Source: a virus
Lineage: Duplodnaviria > Caudoviricetes
Virus record (IMG/VR): IMGVR_UViG_3300030406_004002
Location: 1 to 62,947 of that record
Strand: one strand, 5' to 3'
DNA length: 62,947 bases
Position 1 is the stretch's first letter. Each line of letters opens with the position of its first letter. Shown piece by piece: positions 54,690 through 62,947 of the stretch. A program made the translations under genes and the position numbers. Under the pieces are notes generated by a model. That model did not search any database, had not been told where the DNA came from, and saw nothing but the letters and a program-made list of their open reading frames with translations.

Positions 54690-55805
54690 TTATGCAGCCA
54701 ATGCGATAAGCTTGTCGAACTCATCTTTTGTTTTACTGACAATCTCCCCACCAATGCGATCAACTTGATCCCTCAAGTCAAAGCATGGTTGCTTTTGTGC
54801 TGCTGATGTAAAGGCAGCTTGCAACCCGTAAGCATGACGCTCACGCCTGTCGAAGTCTTCCACTGCTTGGGTTATCAAATCCTCTGACAGTTTGTAATGC
54901 TTACCAACTGCTTCAATGATCAACTGATCTTTCTCCACATCACTCTCGAAGGTCTTCTCGAATGAGCCGATGACCATGTCCTCAAGTCTTTGCATATTCC
55001 AATCAGAGATCATCCACTCAACTGATCTAGCAATCTTGTAGTCCAGGCCATACACATGTTCCTTACTTAGGATTCCTGTGTCCCCTACGTAGTTCTTGCC
55101 ACTGTGTTTCATTCTGATTGACTCAATATCTTCTGAATTGAAGACCATACCATTGTCGCAATAGCCATCACAAACGAATAGCTCTAGCTCAAAGTATCCT
55201 TCTCCAATCTCTGAATTAGTCCACTGAAAACCAAAGTATAGTTTGCGGTTACCCATGATGATAGGATCGACTGTTACGTATCTGACATAGGTACGTCTTG
55301 CCGAACTACCACCACCCAAGCATTTGAAATGCGTATTCTTATCCATGATCTTACTAACAAGGTCATGAATAGTGTCATCATTAATCCGCTTGTACTTTGT
55401 GGATAACAACGCTCTCATGGTTGTGTTACCATCTCGACCAATCAATCCCCGTAGCATGAAGTGCTTTGCTTTCCTACTCAACTGCTCATTGACGTTCTTC
55501 TCAAGTAGTCCTATCTGTCTGGTATCTGTCAGATAAGTTGCATACTTAGCGAAGCCCGATCCACCGATCTCTCTGTACATGTTATCCAAGAACAGAGGCG
55601 TACCTTCAAACCTCATGCGGTGTCTGCCATCACTGACGGGTACGGTTATATCAAACAAGAACTTGCTTGATTCATCATTACATTTCGGTGATCGCCCGAA
55701 ACGTACGTTGTCCAACGACTCAATGATATCGACTCGCTGGCCTTTATCAATAACTGAACTGATTTGTTCATGCTTTGACTGCTTACTTTCAATTAATGTT
55801 TCCAT
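54690..55805 (-). CDS. DUF932-like protein
   Basis: RALLSTKYKRIND, NSEIGEG, CDNGMV. Confidence 0.7.
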   Translation of the reverse strand: METLIESKQSKHEQISSVIDKGQRVDIIESLDNVRFGRSPKCNDESSKFLFDITVPVSDGRHRMRFEGTPLFLDNMYREIGGSGFAKYATYLTDTRQIGLLEKNVNEQLSRKAKHFMLRGLIGRDGNTTMRALLSTKYKRINDDTIHDLVSKIMDKNTHFKCLGGGSSARRTYVRYVTVDPIIMGNRKLYFGFQWTNSEIGEGYFELELFVCDGYCDNGMVFNSEDIESIRMKHSGKNYVGDTGILSKEHVYGLDYKIARSVEWMISDWNMQRLEDMVIGSFEKTFESDVEKDQLIIEAVGKHYKLSEDLITQAVEDFDRRERHAYGLQAAFTSAAQKQPCFDLRDQVDRIGGEIVSKTKDEFDKLIALAA

Positions 55806-55896
55806 TTTTTATTTTTTCTAGGTTTAGTTTTGCTTTCTTCTGATGCCGAATTGCACCAGGGAAATTGTTATTTAATTATTAATAATTGTCTAGGAA

Positions 55897-56334
55897 TTAT
55901 TTATTATTTTTTCTTCTTTCTATCTCTCTCAAGATCTCCACCCGATTATCGTCGTTCTCTACAACTTCAGGGTCAAAGTTGCCAGCAATCTCGGCTAGCT
56001 CATTGATAGCTTCATCATAGATGTATTCGTTTATCTCCCGTTGTGATGGTCGTAATACCTCTGACAGTTCAGTAGTCTCCCAGTGATCAACAAAATCATC
56101 TACCGATCTCACAACGTTCTGTTTTGCTATGATCCTCCGCTTGTCGTTCTCTTCATCAATGAGGTTAGGTAAACCTATCCCCTCACGGAATACTGCAACT
56201 GCATACTTTGCATCGTCTAAGATCTGTTCATCTTCTTTAGAGAACTTTGATTCATCATCTCCATGCTTCTCATGCAGTAGTTCTTGGCATCGGTGAATCA
56301 CTTCATACATTTCTTCTATTCTTTGCTTGTCCAT
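55897..56334 (-). CDS. Hypothetical acidic protein
   Basis: Likely start ATG 56334 after AGAAAGGA. Confidence 0.6.
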   Translation of the reverse strand: MDKQRIEEMYEVIHRCQELLHEKHGDDESKFSKEDEQILDDAKYAVAVFREGIGLPNLIDEENDKRRIIAKQNVVRSVDDFVDHWETTELSEVLRPSQREINEYIYDEAINELAEIAGNFDPEVVENDDNRVEILREIERRKNNK

Positions 56335-56423
56335 TTTTATTTCCTTTCTGTAAATGAAACAAGGCAACCCGTCCATGATTCATAGTTCATGGATCAGGTT
56401 GCCTTGTTATGGTTTAGTTTAGT

Positions 56424-56582
56424 TTAATCTTTGTACAGGTTACCGTTGCCTGTAGTCAACTTTAGATATCTCTTACCTTTCTTTTTGTAGAGATTACCTT
56501 CAAGATATTCCCGATGAAGTATCTCTTTGACACTCTCTAAATGATCGGCCTCTTCATCTGATTCTGAATAGTATCCACTCAT
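56424..56582 (-). CDS. Hypothetical 52-aa protein (absent from the ORF track)
   Basis: MSGYYSESDEEADHLESVKEILHREYLEGNLYKKKGKRYLKLTTGNGNLYKD; ATGA overlap. Confidence 0.5.
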   Translation of the reverse strand: MSGYYSESDEEADHLESVKEILHREYLEGNLYKKKGKRYLKLTTGNGNLYKD

Positions 56583-56806
56583 TTCTTACTCCTTGTTTTC
56601 ATATTCAATTGCTTCACCTCAGTTTCAACCAGCTTGGCTATATGCTTATCCGCTAGCTCCTTCAGCTTGCCAATATAATTAGGGCTAGCATAGGCATAGT
56701 CCCCATTATCCGCTTTCCTTTTAGCAACTTTGTACAGTTGCTTGATGTCCTTGATGGACGTTGCTTTTTTAATCTGGGAGCGTGTCCCTTCATTTGCTTT
56801 CTTCAT
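56579..56806 (-). CDS. Hypothetical basic protein
   Basis: 75-aa ORF. Confidence 0.55.
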   Translation of the reverse strand: MKKANEGTRSQIKKATSIKDIKQLYKVAKRKADNGDYAYASPNYIGKLKELADKHIAKLVETEVKQLNMKTRSKK

Positions 56807-56839
56807 ATATAGAATGCCCCTTTCGGGGTCTTGGTATGG

Positions 56840-57025
56840 TTAACTCTTATCTTCTTTTTGTAGATTGTTTTTGTACCACTCACGACGGTGGTGCAACTTC
56901 CAATGATCTCTCGCACGAGTTAGTCTGATATGATTCTTTACGAACCAAACCAGTGCGAGGGTTTGTAATAGCAGAATGGCCAAGATAAATGGCTCGGCTG
57001 CCAGCTCTATTTGAATTGTTTCCAT
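56840..57025 (-). CDS. Small single-pass membrane protein
   Basis: FILAILLLQTLALVWFV segment; GGAAAG upstream. Confidence 0.55.
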   Translation of the reverse strand: METIQIELAAEPFILAILLLQTLALVWFVKNHIRLTRARDHWKLHHRREWYKNNLQKEDKS

Positions 57026-57193
57026 ATTACTTTCCTATTAAGTCTAATGCTTTACTGAATGAATTGAATCTATCTTGGCGGTCATCGTCATGATAGGTTT
57101 CACTTATTTGTTCCCGACTAAAATACTTGTATGGGCCTGTCACTTTTTTGCCTCCTATTGTTCTAGTCACTACTTTGTTTTGGTTTACTTTCT

Positions 57194-57442
57194 TCATGAT
57201 GTAAATCTGTCTACTTCACTCTCAATTCTTGCGAGGGCATTTCTTACTACCCTGATATGATCCCGTATGAAATCGGTATTATTAGAATACGGTGTTGAAG
57301 CATAACGCTTCTTAATTACTTCAAGGCTTGTTGTGATTTGCTCACAAGCAAACTCTACAGTTGCAACATTACTGTCGTGTGCAGGATCAGGCCGTTTAGA
57401 CGTGGCTGATTCCCATACAACAGTCTCTTTTTTATTATCCAT
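57194..57442 (-). CDS. Hypothetical protein
   Basis: 82-aa ORF. Confidence 0.5.
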   Translation of the reverse strand: MDNKKETVVWESATSKRPDPAHDSNVATVEFACEQITTSLEVIKKRYASTPYSNNTDFIRDHIRVVRNALARIESEVDRFTS

Positions 57443-57612
57443 TTGTTTATGGGTTAAGGTTAAATAGAGCCGTTTTTAAGGCTCCCACAATGCAATAGAC
57501 AGTACCATAGCCTTGGCCAGGCCTGTCTATCGCACTGTCAGAGAGTTAAAAACTAGTGAATTGGATGATTTCTTCACCTTCTCCTATATCTAATAAGTCT
57601 GATGCTTTCATA

Positions 57613-57807
57613 TTATATTCTAGATAGTTTGTCGTTAGTAATTTGACATATCTCCCGTAAGGTATTGATGTCATTGTATGGTTCTGTTTTGCGTAAGGTA
57701 GACTTATCTACCCGTGAAAGTTTGCGGATATGACTCGCATACTTGTGATTAACTGTGATGGGTCTAAGTTTGTGAGCAGTCGGATGCTCGTCGTGTCTTG
57801 CTTTCAT
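57613..57807 (-). CDS. Hypothetical protein
   Basis: 64-aa ORF. Confidence 0.4.
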   Translation of the reverse strand: MKARHDEHPTAHKLRPITVNHKYASHIRKLSRVDKSTLRKTEPYNDINTLREICQITNDKLSRI

Positions 57808-58454
57808 AATTTAGTCATTACTGTATATACTCCAATCAATTGATGGCATGGCATTGCTAGTATATACAGGCACGATTAAATTATATTGTCCTGTTTTCTC
57901 ATGATGATTACATCATACATTATAAGGTCGTATATTATGCGATATGTCCATAGACAATGATTCACTAGTTCATGAATCATGGATCATATTTAATGGCACA
58001 TATTCCCTTTACCAAGTTTACTTGTCTATTATATCCAAACAATAAACGTTCGTTGTTCAAATCGTAGACTTTTCCTCTATTTACTGAATCGCACAAAATG
58101 GCGGAGGATATAGCATAAAATCATAATTAAAGTAATTACAACTCACTTGATCAAGTGAGGAATTCCCCTAATCGGCTATTGATCTGATAGTAAATCGGCT
58201 AGTTACTAAATGAATAAAAAACTAGTAAAGAATAAGAAAGCAAAGCCTCAAAAAAAGTTGCGTATACACGCCCGTCCAATAAATAACGAGCCTTTTTTCT
58301 TGCGTAATCCGTTAAACTTTCCACCCCTTGCAAAGCGAATAAACCCCTTGCAAGCAATGTTAAACCCTCACCAATAGAACACCCTAAGCAAGGCGAAATA
58401 ATCCCCTTACTAGCGTTATTCGTATGAAGTATTAAAAGCATAATCTTTACACCC

Positions 58455-58485
58455 AAAAACCCCTTGAGAACTAGCCTCAAGGGGT
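58455..58485 (-). terminator. Rho-independent terminator after the first early gene
   Basis: ACCCCUUGAG-gcuaguu-CUCAAGGGG followed by UUUUUG. Confidence 0.7.
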
Positions 58486-58510
58486 GATGGGTTTTAATAT
58501 GGGTTAAGGG

Positions 58511-58864
58511 TTATTTAGTAGTTATAAAAGGCTTAAATTCCTCAAGAGAATTAGCTAGTTTATTAATCGCATAATATACCTTGCTAGCTTTCTCAACCTT
58601 AGTTGACCAAGTAGCTTTGCAACTTGCTTTTGTCTCCTTTCCTACTAAGAGCCTATCTTGCGTTCCGAATGTTTCCGCAAGTTTTGTTTTATTGTTTGGA
58701 TCTTCCAAAACATCGCAAGCGATAGAATGGAAATCATCATATTGTTTTTGCAATGAGACATCAATAAAGGGGCATGGAATAGCCTTTCCTTTTTGAGTTC
58801 TTACTACAAAGGTTTTAACACTAGTTTTAGCGTTCTTATCTGTGGTATTAGCTGATTTCGCCAT
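58511..58864 (-). CDS. First early gene, hypothetical basic protein
   Basis: 117 aa; TTGAAA-N17-TTTAGT-like promoter just upstream and its own terminator. Confidence 0.65.
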   Translation of the reverse strand: MAKSANTTDKNAKTSVKTFVVRTQKGKAIPCPFIDVSLQKQYDDFHSIACDVLEDPNNKTKLAETFGTQDRLLVGKETKASCKATWSTKVEKASKVYYAINKLANSLEEFKPFITTK

Positions 58865-59172
58865 AATGATATACTAAAAACTATTTCCATTATTATTTCA
58901 ACTAAATTCTAATATTTTTTTAATTCTCTAAATTAGCCTTTTAAAATACAGTGTATCAAAATGGATTCTCTAAATTTAACAAATCTTAACTTTACCACAT
59001 TTTGAAAATTAATAATGAATCATTAATAATTAATATTGATTAATGAACCATGGAAAACGGATCACCGCTTCAGGCCTGGTGACCACCCGTACCCCCACTA
59101 TTTTTTTTCTCAACAGGCCATACATATATATACATGCGTAGAAAAAAATTAATGACATTTTATCCCCCTGAG

Positions 59173-59264
59173 AAATGTGGCGTAAATGTGGGAAATGTGT
59201 GGGTAAGTTAACTTTTTTCTTAAAATGTGGTTTTTCTGAAGAAAATGTGGGTGCAAAAATGTGG
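59173..59264 (+). repeat. AAATGTGG iteron cluster
   Basis: Copies at 59173, 59184, 59193 (variant), 59223, 59243, 59257; an inverted copy at 58995. Confidence 0.8.
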
Positions 59265-59367
59265 GTTTACAAAGAAAGCTCTTGACCAATTCCTAAAACT
59301 CTCTACTACTACTTTAGCATATTACAGCATTATGTTGTAAATTACTTAACCTATATCTAAGAGTTTT

Positions 59368-59874
59368 ATGAATGAAATTAAAGAAAGTGAAATCGAAACT
59401 AAAAACCTTTACGGAGCTTCGGCTTATGCCGTCGATGAAGAAGGTAATGTCTACCGCAAAACCCACAGAGGTGTCCTGCGGAAACTTAAAACTAGAGAAG
59501 TTTGCTCTAAGACTTATGTCACTATCAGAAATGACCACGGCCGATCTTGGTCTTTTGATACTAAACGAATAGCTCAAGCTTTATTCAAACAACCTATCCA
59601 AAAATACACAAAGCAAGACATCCTTGAGTTATTCGATGTAAAGATGATACCTGATTGGGCTAGGTATGTAATCACCCCATATGGGGCGGTATATTGTATT
59701 GACCCACCCAAAAGAGGGCGTAATGCAGGTGGGGCATACATGCTTCGAGAGTTTTTGATGGGGGGACACCCTTATGTCACTCTTTACCATTCGGACGGAA
59801 CCCGAAGGAACAAGCGAGTCCGTACATTGGTTGAGGAGACCTGGGGAGAGGATTCAGCCTTGCCTGATGCTTAA
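59368..59874 (+). CDS. Protein with two NUMOD4-like DNA-binding repeats
   Basis: YAVDEEGNVYR...YVTI and YVITPYGAVY...YVTL...VRTLVEETW; no HNH residues seen. Confidence 0.55.
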   Translation: MNEIKESEIETKNLYGASAYAVDEEGNVYRKTHRGVLRKLKTREVCSKTYVTIRNDHGRSWSFDTKRIAQALFKQPIQKYTKQDILELFDVKMIPDWARYVITPYGAVYCIDPPKRGRNAGGAYMLREFLMGGHPYVTLYHSDGTRRNKRVRTLVEETWGEDSALPDA

Positions 59875-59896
59875 AAAGGCTTAAATTTACAAATAC

Positions 59897-62122
59897 ATGT
59901 CCACCGAAAAATATTCTATTGATGCTCTTGAAGGTTTAGGCAGTCTTGATGACAAAGGCAAACCTGTAGAAGCCCGTATTAAAGATGTAAAGAGTGCCAT
60001 AGGTATTTATGAAGCTTTACGTAAAGCCGATGAAAAATCGTCGGTAAACCGTGCTCGTGTTGACGCAATGTTCGATGGGGCTAACCCCTATAGTCAGGGA
60101 CAGCTAAATCAAAGTGGTCAAGGACTTAAGACTAACCTAAATTTTGGGGAAGCCCAGAGGTTACTAGATATCGCTTTGTCTGCTTATGTGGACTTGTATT
60201 CCTCCTTAGAAACACTAGTTGAGGTACGTGGAACAGAGGGTCAGAGATCCGAGATCAAGGTTCAAGAGGACATTGTCTCAGAAGAGATCACTCATATGTT
60301 GAGATGCTGGCCTGAATTTCACAGTAGTTACCTACGACTTTGTACTACATTCGTCAAGCACGGCACGGGCGTTGCATATTTTGACACCCCCGATGACTGG
60401 AAGTTTAGGGTGGGTAGTTTTGCGGATATTTTGATACCACGTCAAACACCTGCTAATGAAGGGGCTATTGATGTTGCGGTTGGTCGTAGACAATACCACT
60501 TGCATGAATTATTTGCGTTCATCAAAAACCCAAAAGCTGCTGCTCGTGTAGGTTGGGATGTTGAAGAGGTGAAACGCATTATTATGCACAACGCCACGAC
60601 TAGAGGGCGGAACACAGGTAGGAACTACACTGATTGGGAGACTCTTCAGCAGGAGATGAAGAACAATGATATTTATGAGAGTTACCAGAATCCGACTGTA
60701 GCCGTGCTTCATTTTTGGGTACGTGAGATGGATGGGTCTGTGTCTCATTTTATTACGGCTGAAGAAAGACCTAAGAAGTTTATGTACCGCAAGGTTTCTC
60801 GTTATGAAAAGCCTGAACAAGCCTATGTGATGTTTACATATGGAGTTGGATCAAATGGTACTTACCATTCTATTCGTGGGTTGGGGCATAGAATCTTTAA
60901 CCACATACAGACGAGCAACCGATTACGTTGTCAGATGATTGATGGGGCTATGTTAGGATCAGCCGTTATGATTCAGCCTGAAAACCAAAGGGCGTTGGAT
61001 GAGCTTAGTTTCACTTATTATGGTGCGTATGCGGTATTATCTCCGAACATTAACATTGTACCTAAAGCCGTACCTAATTTAAGCACCGCAGTGACTCCTG
61101 CACTTGAGGATATCTCGAACCAGTTAGCCTTGAACACTGATACGGTGAGCACTTACGGACCGCAGCAGAGTTCACCGTACAGGAATCAGATGCAGGTGGT
61201 AGCTGACATGGATGTTAGCACTAGATTATCTGGAGCGAGTTTGAACTTGTTCTATGCATCGTGGACTCGTTTACTTAGAGAGATTGTTCGTAGGGTGGTG
61301 GTCAATAAGAAGCGTGATGGTATGGTGCAGGATTTTTATAATCGTTGTGCTGCGAGAGGGGTTCAAGAATCATTTATCAAGAGTTTAGATGTTGCCCGTA
61401 CTAAGGCGGTTAGGTCCATAGGTAACGGATCATATGCCAATAGGTTGGTAGCGTTGAGAGAGTTACAAGCGATTTCTGGTTCATTTGATGAGGTGGGTCG
61501 TAAGAATTTGACTAGGGATATAGTGGCGACTCGTGTGGGGCATGATTTAGCTGACAGGTATATACCGCAGATGGAGCAGGAGAGACCTACAGTGGATACG
61601 AAGATAGCTTTCTTTGAGAATCAAGATTTGATGGAGGGTAAGATGGTCCCTGTTGTGGCGAATGAGTTACATGCGACGCATTTATCTGTGCATTTACCTG
61701 CATTACAGCAGTTATTGGAGCAATTGAACATGGGTCAATCTGATCCTGTGCAGTCTTTAGCTACGGTACAGGCGTTTTATCAGCATGTGAGTCAGACAGC
61801 ACAACTTTTGGCAGGAGACCCGTCTCAAGAGAGTTTAGTTAAGCAGACTAAGCAGGTTTTACAGTTTGCTGAAGAGATGATTTACAACACATCTAAGCAA
61901 GTAGAGAAGCTTCAACGTGAGCAGATGGAGGCACAACCTGTTCAGGAGGGTCAGCCACAAGCAGATCCTGAGTTAGAAGCTAAAATTAGGGAGAGTGAGC
62001 TAAAAAATCAGATAACAATGGAGAAAGCAAAGCTTGACATGGAGATAAAACAAGCCAAGTTTGAGCAAGATCAAGCAATTAAGGACGCAGAGAATGCGAT
62101 GAAGTTGCGTGAAAAATCATAA
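59897..62122 (+). CDS. Portal protein (putative)
   Basis: 741 aa, first gene of the head module; FVKHGTGVAY, IRGLG, Gln-rich coiled C-terminus typical of podoviral portals. Confidence 0.75.
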   Translation: MSTEKYSIDALEGLGSLDDKGKPVEARIKDVKSAIGIYEALRKADEKSSVNRARVDAMFDGANPYSQGQLNQSGQGLKTNLNFGEAQRLLDIALSAYVDLYSSLETLVEVRGTEGQRSEIKVQEDIVSEEITHMLRCWPEFHSSYLRLCTTFVKHGTGVAYFDTPDDWKFRVGSFADILIPRQTPANEGAIDVAVGRRQYHLHELFAFIKNPKAAARVGWDVEEVKRIIMHNATTRGRNTGRNYTDWETLQQEMKNNDIYESYQNPTVAVLHFWVREMDGSVSHFITAEERPKKFMYRKVSRYEKPEQAYVMFTYGVGSNGTYHSIRGLGHRIFNHIQTSNRLRCQMIDGAMLGSAVMIQPENQRALDELSFTYYGAYAVLSPNINIVPKAVPNLSTAVTPALEDISNQLALNTDTVSTYGPQQSSPYRNQMQVVADMDVSTRLSGASLNLFYASWTRLLREIVRRVVVNKKRDGMVQDFYNRCAARGVQESFIKSLDVARTKAVRSIGNGSYANRLVALRELQAISGSFDEVGRKNLTRDIVATRVGHDLADRYIPQMEQERPTVDTKIAFFENQDLMEGKMVPVVANELHATHLSVHLPALQQLLEQLNMGQSDPVQSLATVQAFYQHVSQTAQLLAGDPSQESLVKQTKQVLQFAEEMIYNTSKQVEKLQREQMEAQPVQEGQPQADPELEAKIRESELKNQITMEKAKLDMEIKQAKFEQDQAIKDAENAMKLREKS

Positions 62123-62124
62123 GT

Positions 62125-62433
62125 ATGCCAAAAAAGATACCGTTACCTATTCCGTTGGATAGGTGGTTTAAGGATGTTAAGAAAGTTGAAGAGCTGCGAA
62201 ATATCTTGGAGTCTGAGACTTTCCAGGAAGCCTCCGCAACTCTTAAAGAGTCAGCAGGACCGAGCTATGGATCAATTGCCACAGATCAAGGAACTAACAG
62301 CACACGTCATGCATGGTACGCAGGATATCGTGATGCTTTCAGTGATTTACATAAACTAACTAAGTTACAAAACACAAATAACACCCAACCCACAGCCGAA
62401 GAATGGATGCACATACAGAAACCGCAACAGTAG
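62125..62433 (+). CDS. Small portal-adjacent protein
   Basis: 102 aa with HAWYAGYRDAF, between portal and scaffold. Confidence 0.6.
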   Translation: MPKKIPLPIPLDRWFKDVKKVEELRNILESETFQEASATLKESAGPSYGSIATDQGTNSTRHAWYAGYRDAFSDLHKLTKLQNTNNTQPTAEEWMHIQKPQQ

Positions 62434-62947
62434 AAGCCCCTGAAGCCGAGGTTTCAAACCCTGTAGATTCTATACCAGAGGAGTCATCATCAACTGATGT
62501 ATCTTTTTTGGATGCTATAGACCAAGCTTTTGATAGTATTGGTAAACCAACAGAGGAGGCTCAAGAACCCGTAGCGGAGGAACCCGCGAAAACCGAGGAG
62601 GAAGTGGCCGAAGCAGTTACCGAGGAGCCAAAAGTTGAAGAGGCTAAAGAGGAACCTAAAGAAGAGGCTAAAGAAGAGTCACAAGAGGAGGTAGACTCTC
62701 TTGAGAGTTTAACAGAGTCTATTGGAGACGATTGGACCCCTAAAGCAGCTAATAGATTTAAAGAGCTCAAGTCTGAATTGAAGACTAGCCGTTCAGAATT
62801 GGATGAACTTAGGCAGTTAACGAAGGAGCAGACCTCTAAATTGGAGGAAATGTCTGCTATGGTGGAGAACAAAGACATTGAAGCTTTGCAAGAGAAGTTA
62901 GCTTCCTATGAGCAAGACCGAGCTTTCAATGATTTAGAGAGTACTGA
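62403..62947 (+). CDS. 5' part of putative scaffolding protein (continues into 1..686; absent from the ORF track)
   Basis: MDAHTETATVEAPEAE...SFLDAIDQAF...EEPK repeats...AANRFKELKSELK; no stop before the window end. Confidence 0.75.
   Translation, partial: MDAHTETATVEAPEAEVSNPVDSIPEESSSTDVSFLDAIDQAFDSIGKPTEEAQEPVAEEPAKTEEEVAEAVTEEPKVEEAKEEPKEEAKEESQEEVDSLESLTESIGDDWTPKAANRFKELKSELKTSRSELDELRQLTKEQTSKLEEMSAMVENKDIEALQEKLASYEQDRAFNDLEST

Noticed and set aside
58199-58480. 93-aa - strand ORF
   Set aside because: It starts inside a terminator stem, has atypical composition and overlaps a repeat tract.
1-62947. Stop-codon reassignment, tRNA genes, integrase, introns or inteins
   Set aside because: Core genes are intact in code 11 at normal lengths. 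No cloverleaf, recombinase motif or intein signature was seen by eye; tRNAscan and HMM searches would be needed to exclude them formally.

Overview
The window looks like a complete, circularly assembled dsDNA tailed-phage genome. The first and last 7 nt (GTACTGA) are identical, and collapsing them joins 62403..62940 in frame to 1..686, giving a circle of about 62,940 bp. The + strand head module runs portal, small protein, scaffold, a cluster of tiny basic proteins and major capsid. It is followed by probable tail/adaptor genes, a GT25 glycosyltransferase, a 4588-aa modular fibre, an NPDY-repeat protein and a lysis cassette (two holin-like peptides, an overlapping spanin-like pair, an amidase). 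A - strand replication module holds primase-helicase, PolA (Leu762 type), a Cas4-like nuclease, an SF2 helicase, a RuvC-like resolvase and a probable TerS. TerL and three probable internal virion/ejection proteins follow on +. A - strand early region contains many small genes and a C5 methyltransferase, and ends in an AT-rich strand-switch region with iterons. I found no tape measure, sheath, integrase, tRNA or CRISPR array, so podovirus-like morphology and a diderm host are inferences. The most notable signals are: (1) a C5 methyltransferase whose missing motif IX and tandem WPTP/TRD-like repeats are encoded by a 325-aa ORF in another frame of the same DNA, with both start codons sharing one base; (2) a tandem structured RNA motif with sequence-divergent but still pairing stems in the capsid leader; (3) a short SFx(E/D)A(V/I) peptide shared by the scaffold and unrelated small proteins, a candidate capsid-loading tag; (4) a pre-toxin-TG-like N-terminus on a putative ejection protein. 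All family calls come from reading motifs by eye, not from database searches.
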